64,000 bases of DNA from Octopus vulgaris (taxonomy: Eukaryota). Position numbers and translations under genes: made by a program. The stretch covers positions 94,798,001 through 94,862,000 of the forward strand of contig OX597823.1 of assembly GCA_951406725.2 (NCBI GenBank), read 5' to 3'. Below, piece by piece: positions 27,318-39,659 of the stretch (its first letter is position 1; the number at the start of each line of letters is the position of its first letter). The notes beneath the pieces are model-generated. The model saw only the letters and a program-made list of their open reading frames with translations. It ran no database searches and was not told the origin of the DNA.

Positions 27318-27453
27318 GATGTTATGTTATTTTGTCAACGTGCTGTAACATCAATGGCTATCAACCCGATGGTCCCTTATGAGCTGGGTATAGCCTTGTC
27401 TGATAGCACAGTGCTGATGTTTGACCGCAGGATGTTGGGAACCAGAGCTACCG
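27318..27453 (+). CDS. DCAF6: DCAF6 exon: DVMLFCQRAVTSMAINPMVPYELGIALSDSTVLMFDRRMLGTRAT(G)
   Basis: ttctag/GTATGT boundaries; DRRMLGTRATG motif. Confidence 0.96.
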
Positions 27454-27635
27454 GTATGTACACATTTGCTTTCTTGACATTTGTTTAAACTCTTTGAAAA
27501 AACATATTAGATCTGAAAAAACCCTGTTGCCTCCTTGTAATCACTGACACAGGATTGATATCTCAGATAGGTCCTGTGACACTCTGTGCCATGCTGAATC
27601 TCCCTGGGAACTACATTAAGGGTATGTGTATCTGA

Positions 27636-27868
27636 AAGGCAGCGAGCTGGCAGAGACGTTAGAACGCCGGGTGAAATGCTTAGCGGTATTTCGTCTGCTG
27701 CTACATTCTGTGTTCAAATTCCGCCGAGGTCAACTTGGCCTTTCATCCTTTCGGGGTTGATTAAATAAGTACCAGTTATGTACTGGGGTCGATATAATCG
27801 ACTTAATCCGTTTGTCTGTCCTTGTTTGTCCTCTCTGTGTTTAGCCCCTTGTGGGTAGTAAAGTAATA
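27636..27868 (+). mobile_element. tRNA-derived SINE family A with 15-bp TSD, nested in another SINE
   Basis: GGC.GCGAGCTGGCAGA head, GTTCAAATTCC B box, CCTTTCATCCTTTCGGGGT core; TSD ggtatgtgtatctga at 27621 and 27869. Confidence 0.9.
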
Positions 27869-28367
27869 GGTATGTGTATCTGAGGAGTGCTCAGCCACTT
27901 GCACATTAATTTCACGTGCAGGCTCTTCCGTTGATCAGATCAGATCGAAACTCTCATCATCATAACTGACAGAGAACCAGTACAGAACCCTGTTTCCCCT
28001 CAATGTAAAACCCTGTTTTCCATTCAGTTTACTGACTTGAGGTCATCTTTAATGTAATATACCTTAAATCATATTTTTGTGACACCAATTTATTTTTTCC
28101 TACCTCTGTAAAGTGGTTGGCATTAGGAAGGGCATCCAGCTGTAGACACCATGGCAAAACAGACAATTGGTGCAGCTCTCCAGCCTTTCCACCTCCTGTC
28201 AAACCATCCAAACCATGCCAGCATAGAAAACAGACATTAAATGATGATGAGTGCCTTTTGGAAGGTCCCCATCACACCATCTTTTATTTTTCCTCTCCAA
28301 ACCTTCATATTTTACCCTAATTGCTCTTACATTGATTTATTTCTTGCCTTCTTTTCTCTTTTCGCAG

Positions 28368-28528
28368 GAAACTACACAAACAAATTCACCACGGGGTTAA
28401 CCTGTAGGTTCTCAGCTTCTACCCTGAAAAACCGAAACTATCGCATCACCTCCCTCTGTTACAGTCCGGACGGCAAGGAGATGCTTGTTAGTTATTCCTC
28501 TGAGTACATTTATTTATTCAAGACTAGG
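28368..28528 (+). CDS. DCAF6: DCAF6 exon: (G)[14 protein letters not shown]...[29 protein letters not shown]
   Basis: cgcag/GTAAGA boundaries; TSLCYSxDGxExLVSYSSxYIYLF motif. Confidence 0.96.
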
Positions 28529-30634
28529 GTAAGAGTTTTTTTGCTTTCAGTTTGATTAAATGTTGTTGTTATTGTAGTTGTAGGACAACATTGAATTGCA
28601 GAATCATTAAAGCGACTGACAAATGCTTGCTGGTATTTCTTCTGACTCCTGTTTTGAGTTCAAATTCTACTGGGGTTAAATTTCCCTTTCATCCCCCAGG
28701 GGTCAATAAATAAAGCACCTGCCAAGTGATTGGATTGATGGTAATAACTAAACTCCTAAAAACTACTGGCCCTGTGCCTAAATCAGAAACCATTATTATT
28801 ATTATTATTCTTTACCAACATCACCTTACTGGCACCTGTGCCAGTGGCATGTGTAAAAGATTCGAGCGAGGTTGTTGCCAGTATCGCCTGAGTGGCCCCC
28901 GTGCCGGTGGCATGTAAAAAGCACCCACTACACTCTCGGAGTGGTTGGCGTCAGGAAGGGCATCCAGCTGTAGAAACTTTGCCAGATCAAGATTGGAGCC
29001 TGGTGCAGCCATCTGGTTCACCAGCCCTCAGTCAAAATCGTCCAACCCATGCTAGCATGGAAAGCAGACGTTAAACAATGATGATGATGATTATTATTAT
29101 TATTATGAAGGCGGCGAGCTGGCTGAATAATTAGCATGCCGGACAAAATGCTTAGCGGTATTTCATTTGCCGCTACATTCTGAGTTCAAATTCCGCTGGG
29201 GTCGACTTTGCCCTTCATCCTTTCAGGGTTGATAGATTAAGTACCATTTGGGTGTTGGGGTCGATGTGATTGACTGTCCCCCTTCCCACAAAATTCAGGC
29301 CTTGTGGCCATTGTAGAAAGGATTATTATTGGCGTTAGGAAGAACATCCAGCAATAAAAACCTTGCCAAACCAGACAGGAACCTGGTGTAGCAGCTCTGG
29401 CTTACCAGTTCCAGTCTAACTGTCCAACCCATGCCAGCATGGAAAGCAGACGTTAAATGATAATCATGATAATGATGATTATTGTTATGATGCTTTGGTT
29501 TTGCTTTAATCTATGAGTTTCACCCAGAGACATTGAGGGGCAACATGGCTTTGCATCCAAAGATGGCTAACAGGTGAGGTGCCATGCTGTTGGAAACACT
29601 GATGCTTGTAGGGAGTCAAAAAGAACATAACACTGAATGTGTAAAGTTGCATTTACACGGAAAGGAATTTACATAGAATATATTAGGTGGCCATAAGTAG
29701 GATCTTTTGCAATTCACTTTTTTTGGGGTTGTCAGGGATTTGGTCCTCATATTTGTTTTGCTCCTCTTGATGTCATTGTAAGTGCCCCAATGATAATGGG
29801 TAATGTTAGCACCTCAATTATTACCTCTGCCTTAACGAAGGCAAAGGTATTGTTTTCAGTCATGTTTGTCTCTTTGTTTGTCTGTGGACAAGATATCTCA
29901 AGAACTGCTGGATGGATTTAGATGAAACTTTCAGGGATGTTTTTTTACTTAATCTTTGAGAGTGTTTGGGTTTATTCTTAGTATTCTTGTTTGTGAGAGC
30001 AGTCGAGTTTATTTCAGATATTCTCATTTTAAAAATCCTCTCTGGCTAATCGTTGAGAGGACGTTGGTCTTGCCTTGGCAGAGGTTTGCGCTCTCTGAAT
30101 GTTCTTCTTCTTCTTCTTATTATTATTATTACCATTATTAGATGATGGATTAGGGGAATTGTTAGAGCCACAGAGAAAGCGTTTTGTGGTATTTACTCTG
30201 CTCTTTATGAGTTCAAATACTCCCCAGCTCCTCTTTGCCTTTCAGCTGCCTAAGTTCAATAAAATAAAGTTTTGGCCATGTTTTAGTGTGTTAGTCGATT
30301 ACACTGACTTCAGTGCTTGACTAGTATTTGTCTCTTGACTCACATTGACCCCTAAAGGATGAAAACAAACCCAACCTCAGCAAAAATTTGAATTGGGGAT
30401 GTAAAGAGCCAGGAGAAATAGCACAAAACGTTTTGTTTGATGCTCCACCGATTCTGCCAGCTCACTGTCTTAATAAGTTTATGAAAATCTCGTGTTGCAT
30501 CTGTTTTGTAAATTGTTTCAATCATAATTGTCCTTGTTATTTGGTGTTTTTCTTATTTATTATTGTAATTTAGTTTTGTTTTCTATTGAAAAAATATAAT
30601 TTAATCCCCTGACATTTCTTTTTTTTTTTCATAG

Positions 30635-30788
30635 GGTGATGAAGGGAGAAGTACTTGTTTGATGTCCGAAGGTCTCTCCTGTGACAACGGGAACAGGCAG
30701 CCGCCCATTAAGAGGTTACGTCTACGTGGTGATTGGTCAGACACTGGGCCAAATGCAAGGCCAGAAAGAGAACGGCAATCTGGCGAAG
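30635..30788 (+). CDS. DCAF6: DCAF6 exon: GDEGRST...[31 protein letters not shown]
   Basis: poly-T-catag/GTAACT boundaries; [14 protein letters not shown] motif. Confidence 0.96.
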
Positions 30789-31320
30789 GTAACTGACCAC
30801 TTGGCTCACACCAATTTTTCTCTCTATTTTTCTTTCTTTCTTTTTTTTTTTATTGTTTGGGTTATTTTCAGAACATCAGATTCCTCTTTTTACCCTCATC
30901 GTATATAAACCTATTCAAACTCATAAACTTCACTATTTTTTTATTATTATTACCTCTGCCTTAGCGAAAGCAGAGGTATTGCTTCCAGTTATGTTTTGTT
31001 TGTGGACAAGATATCTCAAGAACCGCTGGAGGAATTCGGATGAAACTTTCAGGGTTGTTTGGCCTCGTGACTGGAATGAACTGATTAGATTTGGGCATTG
31101 ATCTGGTACCAGACAAGGATTCTAGATTATCTTTCCTGTTTTTTTTCACTTAATTTTTAAGAATGGTTGGTTTCATTTTTAGTATTCTCATTTGTGAGAG
31201 CAGTTGAGTTTATTTCAGATATTCTCATTTTAAAAACCATCTCAGACTAATTGTTGAGAGGACATTGGTGTTGCCTTGGTGGAGGTTTGCACTCTCTGAG
31301 TGTTCTTCTTATTATTATTG

Positions 31321-32185
31321 CGGTGGCGAGCTGGCAGAATCATTCACACACCGGGCAAAATGCTTAGCGGCATTTCATCTGTCCTTACATTCTGAGTTCA
31401 AATTCCACCGAGGTCGACTTTGCCTTTCATCCTTTCGAGGTCGATGAAATAAGTACCAGTTATGCACCAGAGTCAATGTAATAGAATATCCAGCTGACCC
31501 AAAATTTCAGGCCTTGTCCCTATAGTAAAAAGGATTATTATTATTATGAAGGTGGCAACCTGGCAGAATCGTTAGCATACCAGGTGAAATGCTTAGTGGC
31601 ATTTCGTTCATGCTTATGGTCTGAGTTCAAATTCCACTGAGGTCAACTGTGTGTTTCATCCTTTCAGGGTCAATAAAATAAGTACCAGTTACATACTGGG
31701 GTCGATGTAATCAATTTACTCTCTCCCCACAAATTTCAAGCTTGTGCTTTTAGTAGAAAAGATTATTATTATTAAGGTGGTGAGCTGGCAGAATCATTAG
31801 CATGCTGGGCGAAATGTTTCATGTTTCACCCACCTTTACATTTTGAGTTCAAATACCACCAAGGTTGACTTTGCCTTTCATCCTTTTGGGGTCGATAAAA
31901 TCGATTAGTCCCCCCACCCCCAAATTTCAGGCCATGTACCTATGGTAGAAAGGATTATTATTATTATCTAAGGTGGCAAACTGGCAGAATCGTTAGCATG
32001 CTGTACGAAATGCTTAGCAGTATTTCATCTGTCTGCAAGTTCTGAGTTCAAATTTTGCCGAGGTCTACTTTGCCTTTCATCCTTTCGGGATCAATAAATT
32101 AAGTATCAATTGCATACTGGGGTCGATCTAATTGAGTGCCCCTCTCCCCCAAAATTTAGGGCTTGTGCCTAGAATAGAAAAGATT
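31321..32185 (+). repeat. Four head-to-tail SINE family A copies separated by (TTA)n
   Basis: Units start ~31321, 31548, 31776, 31970, each CTGGCAGAATC...GAGTTCAAAT...CCTTTC..GG...(ATT)n. Confidence 0.85.
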
Positions 32186-32356
32186 TATTATTATTATTAT
32201 TATTATTGTTATTATTATTGTTATTGTAATTATTATTAATGTTATTATTATCATTATTATTATTGTTATAATTGTAAACCTGATCTTTCAAGATGAAAAG
32301 AGATTTTTATGTTTTTTAAGTTTGATGTAACTGATTTTTTTCTTTTTCATTTCCAG

Positions 32357-34198
32357 GTCAACAAAGTCCTCGTACAACCATAATGCAGAGAATGTCTGAT
32401 ATGTTGACTCGATGGTTGGATGGAAGTCTCCGGAACAACAATGAAAACGAGCAGCCTGCCAGTGGCTTGAATGAAGGGGATTCCGCTAATAATCCTACTG
32501 AATCTGGGGGTGAAATGTTAGCCACAACATCAACATCCATGTCCGCTTCAGCGTCAACGGCATCGACATCATCTGACCGTCCTGCCGAAGGGCAAAGAGA
32601 CATGACTTGTGAAGGGTCCCCTGCTGCAGCCCCTCTTGTTGAAGGTGATCTCGGTCAGATGCCAGCAAAAGTGATGCAAGTAATAAGGGATAATATTAAC
32701 CCTTTTCGGTCATTGGAATCTCCCTCAGCTTCTGCTGCTTCCACTGATGTCTCCAATAATCAGGGGACTTCTTTAAAAACTGGGAAAACTCCAAGAGCAG
32801 ACAAAAGCACTTTACAATCTCCTCTCTGTCTGAAACCTAACAATTCTACGGACTGTCGCTACCCTAATCCTACCTCAAAAACTAGTGCTCAGTTCTCTTT
32901 AAACACTCCTGTGTCAGTGTTACCTTCCAAGCTCTCTTTAATCTCCTCTAACGATAGCAATAACGATGCCAAGAACCAGCTGTGGGGTTCTTTGGAGAAA
33001 GAAAACCATCCAGAAGAAACTTCTGCAAATAATTTTATAAGTTTACCAAATTCTAGTAAAAGTAATTTACCAATATCTGAAAGCCGAGAAGCAGTGATGG
33101 CAGGTCATGTTTTAGCTGATGATGCTGGAGCTGTTGAAGCTGATGGACAGAACGAAAGTTCATTAGGACTTTCTCACAAGTTAAATACTTCTTTAAACTC
33201 TATTGATGAACAACAACAACCTCACATAAGCCGAGAGGATCATCCTTCTCCTTCGTCTTTATCTATATCTAATTTATCTACGTTTTTCTCTTCTTCAGTT
33301 TCTTTGCCTTCTCCTTCCACCCACACCACAACTGCCACATCCAACACAACCACTGCTACCACCTCAAATACAACTACTACTACTTCCACCACCACTATCA
33401 TCACCACTGCCAGCAACTCCACCGCCGCCACCACCACCACCACCACCACTCATTCAACAACAGCACAGATGTCTTCAATGGAATCCTCATCTAGTACGTC
33501 CCTCTCCCCGCTCCAATCCTATCTTCAACCCGTTCGCATAGAGCCTGTGATAAGTCTTCATTATGAAACGGAAGGAACCTCGAGTAGCACCATTCGTGTT
33601 GGGTTTGCTGCATTTGAAAACCTGGAAGCTGGCATTCTGGAACGAAGTGCTGAGAACGCATCGCTAAACCAGCTGAACACTTCGACCATGCCCGGCCAAC
33701 TGGGTGTGGCAGCCTCTGATAATTCGGGTTCCACTTCAATGGAAATTGAAAAACCTAGTGGAACTAAAGAGTTGAATGCTACGTCTTCAGCGAACCATGA
33801 ATCTCCTGCAAGTCTTTCCTCACATTTTTGTAACCAAGCTCAAGTTGTTACTAACAGTGACCCTCCGGCCCCTTCTTTGTTTGGGAGTTGCGAGGGGAAG
33901 ACTGAAGACGTCGATGACTGTGATCCTCTTCCAAAATGTGATATTAAACAAACGGCAGAACCAATTCCTCTCCCGAGTGGGGAGGACAGTTGTTCCATGT
34001 CCTTCGCAACTGAAACAGAAGGAAATGACAGCAAGAGCTCTTCCCACTCCACATGTGGCCAGCCGGAGAAGCGGGGTGAGAACTCCGATCAGCTGGCTTC
34101 TCAAAATCCTGTTTGCAACAATGAAGGAATGCTCGTTTCTACTGACTCCGATTCTAAAGACCATTCAATGAGACTTTCCACCAGCAATAATGATTCAG
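32357..34198 (+). CDS. DCAF6: DCAF6 large central exon (1842 nt), Ser/Thr-rich low-complexity linker
   Basis: ttccag acceptor, GTAAAG donor; begins MQRMSDMLTRW; open frame (track ORF 32383-34368); contains SLHYETEGTSSSTIRVGF. Confidence 0.9.
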
Positions 34199-34525
34199 GT
34201 AAAGGATTATCAAAATATCTTCTTTCTCTTCATAGGACATTGTTTGTTTCCCTTCTTACGTGGCACCCATTTCACTTGCTAAACCTTTTCCTGTTGAAAT
34301 ACCCTGCCTTTGTTTCAATTAATTTTCACAAAATGAAGAATTTAATAAAATGCCTTTCTTCATTATAAACCTGGTGTTTGGAACACAAAAACTTGATGGA
34401 AGGCTTCAGTTGAGATCAATTTCAAAGAACTTTTGTTTTATAGACCAAAAAGCAGTCTCAGAGGTGGATTGGCATCAAAAGGGTCATAGGGGTTAAGGGA
34501 TGAGAGGGGTTAAGGATTTTTGCTG

Positions 34526-34569
<44 letters not shown>

Positions 34570-34694
34570 TAAATTAGAGATAAAACCACTATTAGGCAAA
34601 TCATACAATGGAAAACTTAAGCCAATACATAAGATTAATTAATTTATATTATTTAAATATATATCAAAATTATTAAAAAAGATAATTAATATAA

Positions 34695-34758
34695 CACTAC
34701 GATCGTTTCATGGCTGTTCAATTCTTAAAATTTTCGAGTTACAGTCATTCTTCAGGTG
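34695..34758 (-). ncRNA. Minimal hammerhead ribozyme motif (mirror copy)
   Basis: Reverse complement of 34807-34870. Confidence 0.75.
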
Positions 34759-34806
34759 GTTTAAATATTTAATTTGATTAAACGTCGCCAAGTTAAATAT
34801 TTAAAC

Positions 34807-34870
34807 CACCTGAAGAATGACTGTAACTCGAAAATTTTAAGAATTGAACAGCCATGAAACGATCGTAGTG
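34807..34870 (+). ncRNA. Minimal type-I hammerhead ribozyme motif
   Basis: CAC-CTGAAGA-ATGACTGT..ACAGCCAT-GAAA-C-GATC-G-TA-GTG: intact core, stem II, palindromic stem-III loop, GUA site, stem I CAC/GTG. Confidence 0.75.
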
Positions 34871-35089
34871 TTATATTAATTATCTTTTTTAATAATTTTG
34901 ATATATATTTAAATAATATAAATTAATTAATCTTATGTATTGGCTTAAGTTTTTCATTGTATGATTTGCCTAATAGTGGTTTTATCTCTAATTTAATATA
35001 ATATATTTTACTATAAAATTGGATTCAATCCTAAATCTGATTTTTCCCTGTAAGTTTGGATTTATTCCCTAATATTTTATTATTAATTG

Positions 35090-35131
<42 letters not shown>

Positions 35132-35845
35132 ACGGGCTTCTTCCAGTTTCATCTACCAAATCCACTCACAAGACTTTGGTCGGCCTGAGGCTACAGTAGA
35201 AGACACATGCTCAATGTTCCACGTGGTGGGACTGAATCCAGGACCATATGGTTGGTAAGCAAGCCGCTTACCACACAGCACTCCTTTACGATTGTCAAAT
35301 TGTTGGACTATAAAAACAACTGTCACTGCTAACACTAAATCAGCCTTCACTTCTCCAAACATACTTCTAGCTTCTCTCAGAACACACATTTTCCTGCCAT
35401 GAACAGTACTTGGCAGTGTAACTTGGTTTTCTTGCCTTGGAACAGTTGTGTTCCTTGTAAATTTTCTAAACAGTAAAACAGATAAACAACCAAAACTGAA
35501 GATTCCCATTCTCCTTCATTCAACGTCTCCCCTTATTCTTACAATTGTTTTCATGAAATTTCATTAAAAAAACACATGCATTTCTCAGAAAGTCATGAAG
35601 AAACAGTCAAGATGTGGGAGGGGGGGAGGCAGCACCAATATGTAGAAATATCCAAAACTGCAGCTGTTAACAATATTCCTCAAGTTACAAATTCTGAGTT
35701 CCTGCTGCATCAATATATTCCAGCAATTCTTAAACTAGTTTCAACTGTTCGTCACAGACTGAACTCTGTGAGAATAACCCAAGTGTCAGTAATAGTAGTC
35801 GCAGTAGCAACAGCAGCAGAAATCAACATTATAGCTGTAATCGTA

Positions 35846-36393
35846 CGAGGGTGAGTCAAAAAGTAATGCCATTTTGTTTACGACAGGTATAATTACCAAC
35901 ACAGGAACATGTATCATACATCAAAATGAAGCTGGTCCTCTGTGGATCACATCCCTACTTCTCAACATAGTCACCATTTCTCTCAATAGCAATGTTCCCC
36001 CTTTGAATCAGAGCATGTATCCCTGCCCCGTAAAATTCTGTTGACCTCTTCTTTGAGCCACTTCTTCACTACAGTTTTCACTTCCTCGTCATTGGAATAA
36101 TGTTTGCCTCTCAGACCCTCTTTCATGGGGCTGAAGAGATGATAGTCTGCTGAGGAATTGAAAAACTGTAGTGAAGGAATGGTTCAAAGAACAGTCAACA
36201 GAATTTTATGGGGTGGGGATACATGCTCTCATTCGAAGGTGGAACATTGCTATTGAGAGAAACGGTGACTATGTTGAGAAGTAGGGATGTAATCCACAGA
36301 GGACCAGCTTCATTTTGATGTATGATACATGTCCTTGTGTTGGTAATTATACCTGTCCTAAACAAAATGACATTGCTTTTTGACTCACCCTCG
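35846..36393. mobile_element. Mariner-derived fold-back MITE made of two transposase 3' ends
   Basis: TA flanks; TIR CGAGGGTGAGTCAAAAAG; arms encode mariner C-terminus (DYHLFSPMKEGLRGKHY; GIHALIRRWNIAIERNGDYVEK*). Confidence 0.9.
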
Positions 36394-37001
36394 TAATAGC
36401 AATCGTTTATTGTTGTAGTAGTAGTAATAATGAATATCTCCCAGTGTTGTTTTGTACTTTTTCTGTTTTTGTTTGTTTCTTTCATTATATATATAATTTT
36501 TTTCCTTGTTCTCCTCATAACTTGTCTTTATTGTTTGGTCTACAGACCTCATCATTTTTTTATATTGTACTCATCTCTCTCTCTTCCCCACCCCTTTCTT
36601 TGTTCATCTCTCATATCCACATCTTTATACCCCAACATCTCATGTTGCTGACACAGTCAAATTGAACAGTCTTCTTGGTTCACAAGTGATGAGGGGTTGA
36701 GCTTCACTGTACCCATTGCATATGTTTTTCTGTTTTACCATATGTTCTTTTTGTTGTTCCCTTGCCACATTCTTCATAGTAGTAGTAGTGACAGAAGTTG
36801 GTCCCCTTCAGTATGTCCAACCCATGCTAGTAGGTCCAACCTATGCTAGCATGGAAAATGGACGTTAAACGATGATGATGATGATGATGTAGTCATCATG
36901 AGTGTTTAGGGATGATACAAGATTTTATAGAACGAACATTTTCTTTTTTTCTATGTTCCGTTGCCTCTGTCATTCTGATGTTTAATGTCTGTTATTTCTA
37001 G

Positions 37002-37131
37002 ATCAAGCCTGCGGAAGTTCTAGCAACTTCCCCACAGCAACAACTTCAGCTGAGAACGTAACCAATGAAGAAGAGAGCAGTGATGAAGAGTTTGTGTTCA
37101 GACCAACTCAGAGTGGGAGTAGCACACGATG
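37002..37131 (+). CDS. DCAF6: DCAF6 exon: DQACGSSSNFPTATTSAENVTNEEESSDEEFVFRPTQSGSSTR
   Basis: ttctag/GTGAGT boundaries; phase 1 in, phase 2 out, bridging neighbours. Confidence 0.82.
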
Positions 37132-38269
37132 GTGAGTTGAGGGTCCTTGTGATGATGACATTAAAGTTCTGGGTACTTGACTAATAGGGTACTTAGGAGA
37201 TGAGGTAGAGTGTAGATGGCTTCTGGAAGTTGACCTACAGCAAATGATTTAATACTTCTTATTATATGCTTGCCATCCATCACTGATTATGTGAGACCCA
37301 GGCAAAATCCACTTTTGTATCAGTTCAGTTAAAGTTTCTTCTGTGCGGTCTGGTACTTCGGCCAAAAAAACCTTTTCTTGAGACTCTCTCTGTGCCACCT
37401 AATACCCAATGTCCCTTTGCTTCTGTTACTACTTATCTCCCACTTAATTTTTATTTACTTTTTTTTTATATAACTGAACAAGTACCATGTAGGTAATTGT
37501 TTTACTGCTTAATTATACCCATTTCATTTGAGAAGACCCATCAAGCTGAGTGAAGTTGTAGTCATGGACGATGCTGGTGTTACGTAATGGCACCTGTGCC
37601 AGTGGTATATGAAGAGCACCTTTCAAGCATTGGGTCTCATGAAAGCAAAGTATCTGAATTCCTTTCGATACTTGGCCCTCATGGAAGCAATCACCAAGAC
37701 CCTTGCCGTTATATCGTGCTTGAGAAAACCCATGAAACCGAGCAAAATCGCAGTCATGGCAGATATAAGTATCACGCAAATAGCATCTATGCCGGTGGCA
37801 CATAAAAGCATCCATTACACTCTCGGAGTGGTTGGCATTAGGAAGGGCATCCAGCCATAGAAAGCCACGCTAAATCTGACTGGAGTCAGGTGCGGCCTTC
37901 CAGTTTATCAGCTCCGGTTAAACTGTCCAGCCCATGCCAGCATGGACAACACACGTTCAGTTATGACCACCACTGGCCATGGCAGTCTCTTCTCTTTGCA
38001 GTGGAACTTTTAAGGAATATCTGGACAATCTGTGAGGGTTGTGATGTTATTCTGCAACAGATTGGCTGAATCATGAGAGCATCAGAAGAAATGTTCTGAG
38101 TTCAATTCCTGCTAAGGTCATCTTTAGCTTATTGATCCCAAAAGATGAAAGGCAAAATATCAGTCAAGTTGTTGGGGGTCAATGTAATCAGCTAACCCCT
38201 GATTACATGGATTACAAAACTGCTGGCCTTTTGCCAAAACATGAAGTCATATAATGAAGGAAGAGGAAG

Positions 38270-38312
<43 letters not shown>

Positions 38313-38745
38313 CACATACACATACATGCACACAAGCATGTGCATATGTTTTTATCCAACAAGAGGCTTAACTGCTGTTAATCCTGTAGAATTCAGATTA
38401 ATCTGCCAAATGCATGGCTTATTCATTCAAATTGTTTTGAATTAACCCTGTATTATCTCATAGCTTTCAGATTTTGAAGATGATTGTTTATTTTTAGAAT
38501 GATATTATAGGGTAGGTGTGAGAGGCAGGATCTGGTCAGTTTGAACATAAAACAGGGAGGATATTTGGGGCTAGTTGTGCTCTGTTTAAATGCTTAAAGG
38601 GTTCAAGGAAATTGTTGATTTAACATGTTTTGTTGTGGCACAAAGAGATCCCAACTGTATCTTAAATGATGCCACAGTGCCGAAAATTCCTTGTAGTATT
38701 GTTGTGATAACCATTTCCAAGAGATTCCTTTCTGCAACATTTCAG

Positions 38746-38932
38746 TGATGGCGGCAACAGCAGTGGAAGCAGCAGCAGTGAAACGAAAAGAAATATTGCC
38801 AAAGCAAAACTTCAAGAATATTACCGTCGAAAGAAGGAAGAACGACTCAAAGAAGAACAAGAAGCAATGAACAGGGTATTCCAAGCATCGATAAAGACCA
38901 AATTCAAGGGTCACCGGAATGCAAGAACTATG
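38746..38932 (+). CDS. DCAF6: DCAF6 exon with IQ-like motif: ...AKAKLQEYYRRKKEERLKEE...KFKGHRNARTM
   Basis: ttcag/GTGAGT boundaries; KGHRNxRTM motif. Confidence 0.95.
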
Positions 38933-39459
38933 GTGAGTGCCAAACCTGAGGCTGTGAGTGTGCTTGTCTTTGGCAGACAGCAATGGGGTTTGTGTAACTG
39001 TAGGCGGAGGGTATTGTTGTTGGGGCTTAGACTAAGGATTGCAGCGCTGGTCCAAGAGACCTATGATCAAAGGCACTCTGGCCATGACCATCCAGATAAA
39101 GTACTGGGAATGGGTGAGGAGGGACGAAGAGAGAGAGAAGAAGAAATAGTGCAGTAGGTGGAAATTTAAAGAAACACAGAAACCCAGATATAGGTATGTG
39201 GTAGTGAAGGAGGTTGGGGTGTTTGTTGTACGTCCTTGTCCCCTTCACTACCACAACTTATATGCTTACTCAGACACACACACATGCACACATATGCATA
39301 TGTATGTATCTATATATATATATATATATGTTCAGCAAAATTTAGATTCAGATGAATATGGTACTTAAGTCAAAGGCACCAGAATTTAGTATGCTGTCAT
39401 CCATATAAATCAAATGGGGTGATTATAATCAAAATAAGCAACAAGGATATCCAAGGTAG

Positions 39460-39547
39460 TGTAGTACAATCGTTTCATGCTACTTCATTTTATTAAACAC
39501 TGTAAGTATTACATCAGTTTTAAAATGTCGAGCAATCTTCAGCCACA
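39460..39547 (-). ncRNA. Hammerhead-like motif in (TA)n-flanked element (~39330-39620)
   Basis: TGTGG-CTGAAGA-TTGCT..AGCAT-GAAA-C-GATT-G-TA-CTACA. Confidence 0.55.
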
Positions 39548-39618
39548 TATAGAATTTTTTTAATTAAATGGTCAATGCACATTTTTATACTTATTTCATT
39601 TGCCAACATTACAAAGAG

Positions 39619-39659
<41 letters not shown>

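Larger units (their letters stand above)
34561..35089. mobile_element. Penelope-type fold-back element in (TA)n: ~216 bp inverted arms plus unique tail
   Basis: Arms 34561-34776 and 34789-35004 are reverse complements with ~2 mismatches and a 12-nt loop; (TA)n on both flanks; HHR motif in each arm. Confidence 0.8.

Noticed and set aside
34199-34368. C-terminal extension of the 661-aa ORF
   Set aside because: Read-through past the GTAAAG donor into intron; downstream DCAF6 exons continue the frame
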